From positions 1-42,795 of the forward strand of contig CAYWNP010000004.1 of assembly GCA_964459675.1 (NCBI GenBank): a DNA stretch of 42,795 bases. Direction: 5' to 3'. The DNA comes from an uncultured Akkermansia sp. GTDB taxonomy: Bacteria > Verrucomicrobiota > Kiritimatiellia > RFP12 > UBA1067. The notes beneath the pieces were generated by a model. That model worked only from the letters and a program-made list of their open reading frames with translations, was not told the origin of the DNA and made no database searches. The position numbers were made by a program, and so were the translations under genes. Below are positions 32,999 to 42,481 of this stretch, piece after piece (the stretch's first letter is position 1; every line of letters starts with the position of its first letter).

Positions 32999-34672
32999 AT
33001 GCAGCGAAAAACATACGTGATCGGCCATCGCAACCCCGATACAGACTCTATCGTCTCGGCGATTGCCTACGCAGAACTCAAGCGTCAAAAGGGGCTCAGC
33101 ACCTGCTTGCCTGCACGCGCGGGTAAGCTGACGCCACAGACCGAGTACATCCTTGAGCGTTTTAAGATTCCAGCGCCTGAATTTATTCCTGACCTTGTAC
33201 CCAAGGTTGGCTACTTCCTCACCCATCCAGCCGTCACCGTAGCAGAGTCAACGACCCTGTGGGATGCGCTAGAGACCATGGACCGGGAGAATGTGAATAT
33301 CCTTCCTGTCGTCGACGAACAGGGCAAATACAAGGCCGTACTTCATTACAATGCCTTTGCCCAGAACATCACCAAGAAGATCAACCCCAACCGCAAGGCC
33401 ATCATCCCGACAAGCATGCCCCTGGTGGCTCAGATGCTCAAAGCGCAGCCTATTATCATGTTTGGCGGCGAAGAGGTTGTCAAGACGCGGATCCTTGTTG
33501 CTGGCTCCTCCTTCGAATCCTTCAAGGAACATCTCGAAGCTGAGATCCCCAGCAATGCACTCGTGCTGGTGGGCGACCGCGAGGACGTTCAACGTTTCAG
33601 TATCGAAAGTGGTGCGCGCGCAGTGATCATCACGAATGGCATGCCTCTAGCCAAAGGATTGCGCGAACTTGCTGAACAGAACAAGGTCACGGTCATGATC
33701 TCGCCGTTCGACACCTCCTCGACCGCCTTCCTGATTCTCTACTCGACACCGGTGCGGACGATGGCGGATGAGCATACCAAGCCCATCTCGGCGGACAGCT
33801 ACGTGCGAACAGTGCGCGAGGCTCTTTCAGCATCCCCCTCGCATTGCCTTCCCGTTGTCGACGAAAACAACGTCGTCGTGGGCGTCTTTGGCGAGAGCGA
33901 ACTGATCAACGAGCCTAATCTCGACATCATCATGGTGGACCATAACGAACTCGGCCAAGCAGTCGAGGGCATGGATAACTATCGCATTTTGGAGATCATC
34001 GACCACCATAAGCTCGGCAACTTCTCCACGCGTTATCCCATCACCTTCATCAATCGGGTCGTCGGAGCGACCTCGACCATCGTCGCAGGCATGTATGTCG
34101 AGCAAAAGGCCGTATTGACTCCGGGGATCGCCGCCTTACTCCTCGCAGGTATCCTTACCGATACGCTCATGCTACACTCCGCCACGACGACCGACACAGA
34201 TCGTGAAATGGCCGAGTATCTCTCCGGGCTAGTCGATCTTGATATCGCGCGTTTCGGACGTGAGATTTTCAACGCCTCACAACAGCTGACGAATGTGCCT
34301 GTACCAGAAATCCTCTCCATGGATGCAAAACCCTACACGGCCTGCGGCAAGCAGTTCCGCGTCAGTCAGGTCGAAGTGAACAGTACGGACGAACTGATCG
34401 AACGTAAAGCGGAATTGCTCAGCGAACTGCGGACAGCCTGCACAAGCCAGGGGCTCTACTTTGCTGCATTGATGATTACTGACCTCACAGCCTTAAGTTC
34501 TATCTTGGTCATCGAGGGTGATCCTGAATTCATTCGGAAGGTCGCCTTCCCGCGCATGAGCGAGGGCGTCTTTACTTGTCGAGATATCCTCTCGCGCAAA
34601 AAGCAACTCATTCCCCTTCTGATTGAACAAATGGAATCTGTCCTCGGTATTCTTTCACGGACCTCAGTTTAA
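32999..34672 (+). CDS. CBS/DRTGG-domain family II (DHH) inorganic pyrophosphatase
   Basis: DHH motifs HRNPDTDS, MVDHNE, DHHK. A CBS pair and a DRTGG insert sit between them. C-terminal DHHA2 domain. Confidence 0.8.
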   Translation: MQRKTYVIGHRNPDTDSIVSAIAYAELKRQKGLSTCLPARAGKLTPQTEYILERFKIPAPEFIPDLVPKVGYFLTHPAVTVAESTTLWDALETMDRENVNILPVVDEQGKYKAVLHYNAFAQNITKKINPNRKAIIPTSMPLVAQMLKAQPIIMFGGEEVVKTRILVAGSSFESFKEHLEAEIPSNALVLVGDREDVQRFSIESGARAVIITNGMPLAKGLRELAEQNKVTVMISPFDTSSTAFLILYSTPVRTMADEHTKPISADSYVRTVREALSASPSHCLPVVDENNVVVGVFGESELINEPNLDIIMVDHNELGQAVEGMDNYRILEIIDHHKLGNFSTRYPITFINRVVGATSTIVAGMYVEQKAVLTPGIAALLLAGILTDTLMLHSATTTDTDREMAEYLSGLVDLDIARFGREIFNASQQLTNVPVPEILSMDAKPYTACGKQFRVSQVEVNSTDELIERKAELLSELRTACTSQGLYFAALMITDLTALSSILVIEGDPEFIRKVAFPRMSEGVFTCRDILSRKKQLIPLLIEQMESVLGILSRTSV

Positions 34673-34673
34673 T

Positions 34674-36122
34674 ATGCCCCACAACAGCATGCCTCTCTGG
34701 GCCACAACACTCGCGATCCTCTTCGCGGGATGCGTGCTTTATGCCTGGCTAAGAAGTGAACCTCTGGATCTAGCAGAGCGTACGCCAACCCTTCAAGGTT
34801 CTCAAGCCGAGGCAAAGGCCGAGTCACTAGCGCGCGTCGTTGACCTAACGGGCTGTTCCAAGTTTTTCAACGACGTGCCCGAAGGCAAACTAAAAGGCGC
34901 ATGGCATGGCTTTCGGGGCGACAAGGGAGACAACATCAGCACGGACAGCCCCAGCCTCTTCATGACCTGGCCAACCACAGGCCCTGAGATTCTCTGGCAG
35001 ATCGAGGTCGGTGATGGACACGCCATGCCTGCGATTGCCAATGGATGCGCTTACCTTTTGGACTATGACGAGGCACGCAGTGGCGACATCTTGAAATGTC
35101 TCAACGCCGATACAGGGGCTCTGCGCTGGGAACATCTCTATCGCGTCAAAACTAAACGAAACCACGGCATCTCCCGTACCGTGGTCGCAACAGACGGTCA
35201 CTCGGTCATCTCCGTAGGACCCCAATGTCATGTCCTCTCCCTCGTCGCCTCGAACGGCACGTATCAATGGGGCGTGGACATGGTCGCACGGTACGGCACA
35301 AAGGTTCCATTGTGGTATACAGGGCAATGTCCGCTGATCGACAATAACATGGTGATCCTTGCTCCGGCAGGGACGAATGTCGTGCTCTGCGGTCTCGACC
35401 TCGTCACAGGGAAGACCCTTTTCGAAACGCCCTCCCCAGGAGGAGTCGAGATGTCCCACTCCTCGGTCATGATCATGACCTTTGAGGGTGTCCGTCAGTA
35501 TGTCTATGCGGGCTTAGGAGGCATTATCGGCGTACAAGCCGACGGTGAGGCGCGTGGCAAACTACTTTGGAAAACGAGTGCCTTCACGCCCAGCGTTGTC
35601 GCGCCATCACCTGTACCCTTAAGTGACAATCGCTTCTTCATGACAGCAGGTTATGGCTCCGGCGGTGCCATGTTCCGTGTTTCAAAGGATGCGACAGATA
35701 CCTGGAAGGCTGAGCTACTCTTTAAACGCGACAAAAAAGTTTTTGCCTGCGAACAACAGACGCCGATTCATTTGAAGAGTTGCCTTTACTCCGTCCTCCC
35801 GAACGACGGGGGTGGAGATCGCCAGCAACTTGCATGCATGACCCTCGAAGGCGAACGCCTCTGGACCAGTGGCAAGGACGACCTTTTTGGCTTAGGCCCC
35901 TTCTTGGCAACTCAAGAGGGATTGATTTTCCTCTTGAACGACATGGGCACACTCACACTCGCCCGCATCAGCAAAGAGGGTTACCAGCGTTTAGCGCGTT
36001 ATGAGCTCATGGGCAACAAAGGACGCGACGCATGGGGACCGCTGGTATTGGTCAATCATCGCCTCTTCCTGCGTGACAGCACCCGTCTCTTCTGCTTAAA
36101 AGTCGGCGACGAAAGAAGATAA
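34674..36122 (+). CDS. PQQ-like beta-propeller repeat protein with N-terminal membrane anchor (BamB-like fold)
   Basis: TM/signal segment LWATTLAILFAGCVLYAWL, then repeated beta-propeller blade patterns. ATG 34674 starts 1 nt after the pyrophosphatase stop. Confidence 0.7.
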   Translation: MPHNSMPLWATTLAILFAGCVLYAWLRSEPLDLAERTPTLQGSQAEAKAESLARVVDLTGCSKFFNDVPEGKLKGAWHGFRGDKGDNISTDSPSLFMTWPTTGPEILWQIEVGDGHAMPAIANGCAYLLDYDEARSGDILKCLNADTGALRWEHLYRVKTKRNHGISRTVVATDGHSVISVGPQCHVLSLVASNGTYQWGVDMVARYGTKVPLWYTGQCPLIDNNMVILAPAGTNVVLCGLDLVTGKTLFETPSPGGVEMSHSSVMIMTFEGVRQYVYAGLGGIIGVQADGEARGKLLWKTSAFTPSVVAPSPVPLSDNRFFMTAGYGSGGAMFRVSKDATDTWKAELLFKRDKKVFACEQQTPIHLKSCLYSVLPNDGGGDRQQLACMTLEGERLWTSGKDDLFGLGPFLATQEGLIFLLNDMGTLTLARISKEGYQRLARYELMGNKGRDAWGPLVLVNHRLFLRDSTRLFCLKVGDERR

Positions 36123-36124
36123 TT

Positions 36125-37174
36125 ATGCTTATTCTTGGAATTGAAACATCCTGTGACGAGACCGCCGCAGCGGTCGTAAAAGATGCACGGACCGTGCTCT
36201 CCAATGTCGTTTATAGCCAGATTCCCCTGCATCAGGCGTATGGCGGAGTCGTGCCAGAAATCGCCTCGCGTAGCCATCTTGAGAAGATTGACGGCATTAT
36301 CGAACAGGCACTTAATGATGCACACGTGACGGTCGACCAGCTAGATGGAGTAGCTGTCACCTACGGTCCTGGCCTCGCCAGTTCGTTGATTGTCGGTCTC
36401 TCCGCAGCCAAGGGACTTGCCATGCGACTTAAGAAACCCCTCATCGGCATCAACCATCTGGAGGCGCATATCCACTCGGTCTTCCTGAAACCAGACGCGC
36501 CAGATCCCCTTGACGCGTGTCCCATGTTGGCCCTCGTTGTCTCTGGCGGTCATACCTGCTGGATCGACATCCCCACGCCAGGCGAGTATCACATCCTGGG
36601 CCAGACACTCGATGATGCCGCAGGCGAGGCCTTTGATAAGGCAGCCAAACTTTTAGGCTTGGGGTACCCAGGCGGTCCTGTGATTGACAAGGCAGCCAAA
36701 GAAGCCAAGACTCTTTCAAGCATCCCATTTCCGAAAGGACGTCCGCGTGCAGGTAATCCGGCCTTGGGCTCCATGCAGGCTGAGATGTGCGTCAGTTTCA
36801 GCGGACTCAAAACCGCACTGATGTATCACCTGAAAGACCATCCTGCGACACCGGAGGATATTCCCGAGATCGCCTCCTCGTATCAAGAGGCGATTGTCAG
36901 TGCCTTGGTCGACCGTTGCGCCTTTGCCCTCAACAAAAAAACCTACCGCGCACTAGCCGTAGGGGGTGGCGTCTCGCTGAATCGGCGTCTGCGTGAACGG
37001 CTAAGTGAACTCGCCGCCCAGCACAACACGCGCCTTCTCTTGGCCGAGCCCAAGCACTGCGGCGACAACGCAGCCATGATCGCCGGGCTCGCCGGCATGG
37101 GCTTTGGTGTCACAGGCGACGCTGCCTTCCTCCTTGATGTCGTCCCCTCACTCGAAATCGGGAAAGTTCGATAG
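36125..37174 (+). CDS. tsaD: tRNA N6-adenosine threonylcarbamoyltransferase
   Basis: ILGIETSCDETAAAV, HLEAH, and GGVS.N..L motifs. Confidence 0.9.
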   Translation: MLILGIETSCDETAAAVVKDARTVLSNVVYSQIPLHQAYGGVVPEIASRSHLEKIDGIIEQALNDAHVTVDQLDGVAVTYGPGLASSLIVGLSAAKGLAMRLKKPLIGINHLEAHIHSVFLKPDAPDPLDACPMLALVVSGGHTCWIDIPTPGEYHILGQTLDDAAGEAFDKAAKLLGLGYPGGPVIDKAAKEAKTLSSIPFPKGRPRAGNPALGSMQAEMCVSFSGLKTALMYHLKDHPATPEDIPEIASSYQEAIVSALVDRCAFALNKKTYRALAVGGGVSLNRRLRERLSELAAQHNTRLLLAEPKHCGDNAAMIAGLAGMGFGVTGDAAFLLDVVPSLEIGKVR

Positions 37175-37190
37175 TCCATTCCCTCATTCT

Positions 37191-38207
37191 ATGAATATAA
37201 AACATATTATTTTGCTTCTGCTCCTGATCCCGGGCTTCACCTTTGCCGGGTCCAACACGCTTGTGGTCGCCTCATGGAATGTTGAAAATCTTTTTGACAC
37301 GATGGATGATCCGGACAACCCCAATGACGACAGTTACACACCTGATGGCTGGACACATTGGACAACCTTTCGCTACACCCGAAAGCTCTCGAACCTTGCG
37401 AAAATTATTGCGGCCATGAAGCCGGACATCCTCTGCCTCGCAGAGGTCGAGAACCGACAGGTCCTTAAGGATCTCGTGGCCACCTTGCAAAAGGAACAGC
37501 AAGTCGAACTACCGTTCATCATTCATCGAAATTGCGGTGATACCCGTGGCATTGATGTGGCGATGCTCTCAAAATATGAGCCGGTCTACACGAACTGGTT
37601 CTGTGCTTTTCCTGGACAACGCGATGTGCTGGTTTGCGACTTCGTAATCAATGATCGTCCGTTAACCGTAATGATCAACCACTGGAAATCACAGCTGGGC
37701 GCAAAAGAGGATAGCGACCTCATCCGCAGCACAGAAGCCAAAGCTGTGCGAAAATTCATAGACATGCGTCTTGAGAAGCAACCCACATCTGCTATCCTTG
37801 TTCTGGGCGATTTCAACGACAACGTCGAATCCCCTATCCTTGTGCGGGATGCGGGCCTCTCGCTTGATGGAGCGCTTGTTCGGACCAATGCAGCCAAGCG
37901 TCTCTTCTGGAACCTCTCCAGTTTATTTTCTGAGGAGGAACGCGGAAGCTACTACTATGCAGCAGCCAAGCGATGGAACTCCTTTGATTCGATCAGCGTC
38001 AGCCCTGGCATGCTGACGAACAGTACGCCCACGGCACCGTGGCACGTGAAAGCGGAGACCTACTCGATCTTTAAATATCCTGAACATGTGCAGACCAATA
38101 GGACGCCTAAACCCTTTCGCTACATTCGAAGCAAAGCCAACGGCAACAAAATGGTCATGGGCTTTTCAGATCACTTCCCTGTCCGTGTCGAAGTGAACGC
38201 GGAGTAA
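37191..38207 (+). CDS. Secreted endonuclease/exonuclease/phosphatase (EEP) family protein
   Basis: Signal peptide MNIKHIILLLLLIPGFTFAGS. VASWNVENLFD, LCLAEVEN and SDHFPV motifs. ATG 37191 is preferred over the listed 37104. Confidence 0.75.
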   Translation: MNIKHIILLLLLIPGFTFAGSNTLVVASWNVENLFDTMDDPDNPNDDSYTPDGWTHWTTFRYTRKLSNLAKIIAAMKPDILCLAEVENRQVLKDLVATLQKEQQVELPFIIHRNCGDTRGIDVAMLSKYEPVYTNWFCAFPGQRDVLVCDFVINDRPLTVMINHWKSQLGAKEDSDLIRSTEAKAVRKFIDMRLEKQPTSAILVLGDFNDNVESPILVRDAGLSLDGALVRTNAAKRLFWNLSSLFSEEERGSYYYAAAKRWNSFDSISVSPGMLTNSTPTAPWHVKAETYSIFKYPEHVQTNRTPKPFRYIRSKANGNKMVMGFSDHFPVRVEVNAE

Positions 38208-38210
38208 TGC

Positions 38211-39464
38211 TCACGCCTTCGCATTGATCGCTTGAGCAGCGAGAAATCCAGAGGCGAAGGCCCAGGTCAAATTATACCCTCCACAAGGGGCATCTACATC
38301 GACAACCTCTCCGATACAGGTGAGATTGGAAATGCGTCTCGCCGCAAGCGTCTGAGCATTCAACTCCTTCAAGGCCACGCCACCCCGCGTCAGCATGGCA
38401 CGTCCCCAGCCCTCTGTCCCTGTCACCTTCAGGGGACACTCCGCACAGAGCATGGCCAGCGCCTGCAACTCCTTCTTTCCCGCGCGGGCCACGACAACCT
38501 CCTCAAGTCCTGATGTCCGGCAGAGTGCCACCGCCAGCGCCCGTGGCAATTCACCGGAGAGCAGATTGTGGAAGGAGCGGTTACCATGTTTCTGTCGCCA
38601 CTGGCCAAACAACGTCAACCAGTCATTAACACTCCGGTCACTCCTGAAAGAGACCCGAATGGTCACCTCCTTTTCAGCAAGCAACCGTGCATTGATCTCT
38701 CCTGACAACGCCAACGCGGGCGGACCGCTGATGCCCTTGTGAGTAAAAAGGATGGGGCCTTGCTGGGGCTTCTTAGAGGCTCCCTTGGACTCGACGCGAA
38801 TGGAGCCTTGCTCACAGAGGAGTCCCGAGAGTGCGACGACCCACTCAGCGGGAATGATTAGGCCAGCCAAAGCCGGGACGGGTGGCGAAACCTCCAGTCC
38901 GGCACTCCGCGCTAAAGAGAAGCCGGAACCATCGGAACCAAGTTCCGGATAACTTTGCCCACCTGCCGCAAGCACAACCCAGCGGGGAGAGAAGGTACCC
39001 GCCGAGGTCGACACACTGACAATACGCTGCAGCCCAGTCCCCTTCTCAGGCTCCAGGATAAAGCGCTCGACACGGACACCACACTGGATCGTCGCACGCG
39101 CCTCCTGAGCGGCACGAATAAGAACGTCACGGACATCTGAAGCCTTTTGAGAGGCAGGGAAGACGCACCCATCGGCTTCCACGACCGTTTGCATACCCCT
39201 CTTCTGAAAAAACTCACAGATCGCCTCTGGCGGAAATGCATGCAGAGCAGGAAGGACAAACCTGGAAGCTTCGCCAAACAGTGGCGCCATGGCAAGGACA
39301 GAGCCTTCATGGGTCAGATTACAGCGCCCACCCCCGGTTGCCAGCAGCTTCCGGCCAGGCGAAGCACATTGCTCCAGCACGATACTGGGTTTGGCGCAAA
39401 AAGAAGCGGCGGTCAGACCTGCTGGTCCGCCGCCGATAATAAGAGAGTCAACCGCTGTATTCAC
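38211..39464 (-). CDS. HI0933/YhiN-family NAD(P)/FAD-dependent oxidoreductase
   Basis: IIGGGPAGL dinucleotide motif, TGGGRCNLTH, and C-terminal GEVVDVDAPCGGYNL. Confidence 0.8.
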   Translation of the reverse strand: MNTAVDSLIIGGGPAGLTAASFCAKPSIVLEQCASPGRKLLATGGGRCNLTHEGSVLAMAPLFGEASRFVLPALHAFPPEAICEFFQKRGMQTVVEADGCVFPASQKASDVRDVLIRAAQEARATIQCGVRVERFILEPEKGTGLQRIVSVSTSAGTFSPRWVVLAAGGQSYPELGSDGSGFSLARSAGLEVSPPVPALAGLIIPAEWVVALSGLLCEQGSIRVESKGASKKPQQGPILFTHKGISGPPALALSGEINARLLAEKEVTIRVSFRSDRSVNDWLTLFGQWRQKHGNRSFHNLLSGELPRALAVALCRTSGLEEVVVARAGKKELQALAMLCAECPLKVTGTEGWGRAMLTRGGVALKELNAQTLAARRISNLTCIGEVVDVDAPCGGYNLTWAFASGFLAAQAINAKA

Positions 39465-39474
39465 GGCATCTCCA

Positions 39475-40110
39475 TTAGAGTTGCTGTTCTTCCGAGATCA
39501 AGGCCACCATGCGACTCAAAATCCCCGTCACCTCTGCCTGTGTGCGAGAGATCGACTGACACATATGAGCTAACTCCGCATAACGATGGAGGGTATTCAT
39601 GCGATTCCGCTCCAGTTCGCCTCGGCGCGTCTTGAGACTCTCAATGACTTGCGTCAGCTCTGCGATCTGCAGATCTCGCTTGAGCATCATTGAACGGGTT
39701 TGAAACAGCTGAGCCAGTAACTCCCCGGCAGAGAGGTCAAGATCCGAAACATCCATTCCCGAGGGGATCGGAACCTGCACCGGATCGCCACACTGTGTAC
39801 AATTGATTTGGAGTCCTGCTCCGCGATAGTCAATAGCAAGGCTACTGCCACAAGAAGGACAGTTAAAGAGAATGTCGGTAGGCCGAATCTCTTCCTGCGG
39901 CGTTGGAGGCTCCATGCTTGGGTCAACAGCCTGTTCCACAGGGGGACCATCCTCATCCGCACTGATGGTAGCAACCCCATCTTGAACATCAAGACCCTCT
40001 TCTTCAAAGGACTCCTGAGCAACCGCTTCGCCCCCTTCATCAGCAGGACCATCCTGAACGTCATCCAGTACAACCCGCGTTGATTGCACCGTCTTTGACT
40101 TATCGCTCAT
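39475..40110 (-). CDS. Hypothetical acidic protein with a central Zn-ribbon and a C-terminal coiled coil
   Basis: 211 aa. The ~85-aa N-terminus is rich in D/E/P. CPSCGS-x18-CTQCG ribbon. The C-terminal ~70 aa are heptad-like. Confidence 0.55.
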   Translation of the reverse strand: MSDKSKTVQSTRVVLDDVQDGPADEGGEAVAQESFEEEGLDVQDGVATISADEDGPPVEQAVDPSMEPPTPQEEIRPTDILFNCPSCGSSLAIDYRGAGLQINCTQCGDPVQVPIPSGMDVSDLDLSAGELLAQLFQTRSMMLKRDLQIAELTQVIESLKTRRGELERNRMNTLHRYAELAHMCQSISRTQAEVTGILSRMVALISEEQQL

Positions 40111-40178
40111 GGAAACCCTCCTTTGATTCTAACGCCAGTAAAATGCAGGAGAAAGCAGACCTCAAGGATATCACGCGA

Positions 40179-40415
40179 TTACGCGCTTGGCTTGATGATC
40201 TTGCCACTCTTCAAGCAAGAGGCGCAAACCTTCGCCCGGCTCACTGTACCATTCGCAGCGACTGAACGCACGGAACGCAAATTCGGCAGAAAACGACGCT
40301 TAGAAATACCTGTTGTGTGCAAACCGATACCGCCTTTAGCCTTCGCCAAACCATGACGGACAATCGTGCATCCGGTTGAAGGACCCTTACCGCAAACCTC
40401 ACATACTCTTGACAT
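40179..40415 (-). CDS. rpmB: 50S ribosomal protein L28 (Zn-binding C+ form)
   Basis: MSRVCEVCGKGP..G..V.H N-terminus plus a second CxxC (CASCLK). Confidence 0.9.
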   Translation of the reverse strand: MSRVCEVCGKGPSTGCTIVRHGLAKAKGGIGLHTTGISKRRFLPNLRSVRSVAANGTVSRAKVCASCLKSGKIIKPSA

Positions 40416-40589
40416 GATACTATTCTCCTTAAGAAAAGGTTATTAAATTAACATCTTTCGCCTTCACAGGCAAGGAAAACTCGGAGCTACCTCTATTTTT
40501 TTTGTCAGTTTTCCACAAGTCACTATTTGAGTTATCGGCAAAAATACGTTATTCTACTGCTTTTCATTTAGCACAATGGAGTCTTTTTC

Positions 40590-41678
40590 ATGAAGCATGT
40601 CTATGCAGTGATTTTAGCAGGGGGGAGCGGGGAACGTTTTTGGCCCCTCAGCACCAAGGCGCGTCCTAAGCAATTTATCTCTCTTTTCGGTGGACGCCCC
40701 TTGCTCTCCCTTGCCGTGGAGCGCCTGGCAGGGTTTGTCCCGAATGAACGGATTTTCATCATCACCGCCCAGCACCTTGTGGACGATACAGCAACCGCAG
40801 CTTGGAATGTTCCACGCGCCAACATTATCGGGGAACCTTGTAAGCGCGATACCGCGCCTGCGATTGCTGTTGCGTGTGGACTCGTCATGGCCCGAGACCC
40901 AGAGGGAGTCGTCTGCATCTTAACTGCGGACCAGCTCATGAGCGACGTGGAGACCTTCCGGGTGACACTCATGGACGCCGCCAAGGTTGCACACCACGAA
41001 AGGTCTATTGTCACCATCGGCATCCAACCCACCCATCCCGCCACAGGGTTCGGCTATATTGAAGCAGACGTTCCGCTGAACACGACCAAGACCGTCACCC
41101 TCTTCAATAAGGCCAAGCGCTTCGTCGAGAAGCCTGATGCGTATACCGCGGCACGTTACATCGAGAGCGGACGATTCTTCTGGAACGCTGGCATGTTTAT
41201 CTGGCGCACCGACACGATGCGCGATGCCCTCGCGACCTACGCGCCGGACCTCGCAGACCTCTGCGAACGCGTCGCCCAAGTTGCCCTCTCCCCTGAGGAC
41301 CTGGATCACGTCATGCGCCAAACCTATCCGCTGCTTCGTTCCATCTCCATAGACTACGCGGTTATGGAGCATCTTGACAATATCATCATGGCTCGGGGTG
41401 CCTTCGGCTGGGATGATGTGGGTTCCTGGCCCTCACTCTCTGGACATTTCACCGCAGACCAAGACGGGAATGTGATCATCGGCGCCTGCGAACAGCGAGA
41501 AGCCCATAACAATATCGTTGTCTCAGAAAACCGCCTGACCGCACTCATCGGGGTCGATGGACTCATCGTCGTACATTCGGAAAATGCCACGCTCATCTGT
41601 CCGAAGGAACGAGCTGAAGAGGTGAAAAAGTTACTTCAGCGCGTTGCACAACGACCAGATGGCGCCAAATATGTCTAA
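40590..41678 (+). CDS. Mannose-1-phosphate guanylyltransferase (NTP-transferase only)
   Basis: ILAGGSGERFWPLS motif, GIQPT.P.TGFGYI, and a C-terminal left-handed beta-helix-like region. Confidence 0.85.
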   Translation: MKHVYAVILAGGSGERFWPLSTKARPKQFISLFGGRPLLSLAVERLAGFVPNERIFIITAQHLVDDTATAAWNVPRANIIGEPCKRDTAPAIAVACGLVMARDPEGVVCILTADQLMSDVETFRVTLMDAAKVAHHERSIVTIGIQPTHPATGFGYIEADVPLNTTKTVTLFNKAKRFVEKPDAYTAARYIESGRFFWNAGMFIWRTDTMRDALATYAPDLADLCERVAQVALSPEDLDHVMRQTYPLLRSISIDYAVMEHLDNIIMARGAFGWDDVGSWPSLSGHFTADQDGNVIIGACEQREAHNNIVVSENRLTALIGVDGLIVVHSENATLICPKERAEEVKKLLQRVAQRPDGAKYV

Positions 41679-42417
41679 ACGCTTTAAATTGACCATCGCC
41701 TACGATGGCAGCGCCTACTCCGGCTGGCAGATTCAAGCTAATGCGCCAAGTGTGCAACAGGTGATCGAAACGACGCTTAAAAAGATCATCGGTCATCCAG
41801 TCACAGTGCATGGAAGCGGGCGTACAGACCAAGGGGTTCATGCCCGGGGGCAAGTCGCACATGTGGATATTGACACGCCGATGAAGCCGGAGTCGCTCTG
41901 CCGTGTCCTGAATGGACGTCTTCCCCTGGATATCCGCATCCTCAAGGCGTCCATTGCAAAGCCTGATTTCCATGCGCGTATCTCCGCCAAGGGCAAAGAG
42001 TATCGTTATACGGTCTGGAACGATCCCATCTGTTTACCTGACCGACGGCTTTATACCACGTATATCTACCGTCCGCTGAATCTCGTCGCCATGCAAGAGG
42101 GTGCGCGGCAGTTTGTGGGCCGACATGATTTTGCCTCTTTTACAGCGAACCCTCATCGCGCAATCGAAACCACGGTCCGCTCCGTTTACTCCTTCACCGT
42201 GAGCAAGCGCGGCAAAGAGATTCTCTTTCGTGTGAGTGGCGAGGGTTTTCTCTACAAGCAGGTGCGCAGTATGGTCGGCTTTTTGATTCGCATCGGCGAG
42301 GGCGCAGAGAAGCCCAAGGCTGTCACCGAGTTATTGACCTCGTGCGCACCCCGCAAAGCGCGTGTCCCTTCCGCTCCCCCCAACGGACTCTCCCTCTGGC
42401 GCGTCTGGTATAAATAG
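41671..42417 (+). CDS. truA: tRNA pseudouridine(38-40) synthase
   Basis: FKLTIAYDGSAYSGWQIQ and the catalytic GSGRTDQGVHA motif. ATG 41671 overlaps the upstream stop by 8 nt. The listed start at 41644 is a TTG. Confidence 0.85.
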   Translation: MSKRFKLTIAYDGSAYSGWQIQANAPSVQQVIETTLKKIIGHPVTVHGSGRTDQGVHARGQVAHVDIDTPMKPESLCRVLNGRLPLDIRILKASIAKPDFHARISAKGKEYRYTVWNDPICLPDRRLYTTYIYRPLNLVAMQEGARQFVGRHDFASFTANPHRAIETTVRSVYSFTVSKRGKEILFRVSGEGFLYKQVRSMVGFLIRIGEGAEKPKAVTELLTSCAPRKARVPSAPPNGLSLWRVWYK

Positions 42418-42481
42418 CGGAAGCTGGAAGCTCCCTCCACTCTGATCACAAAGTTCTATCTTTTCTCAAGAAAATAGACCC

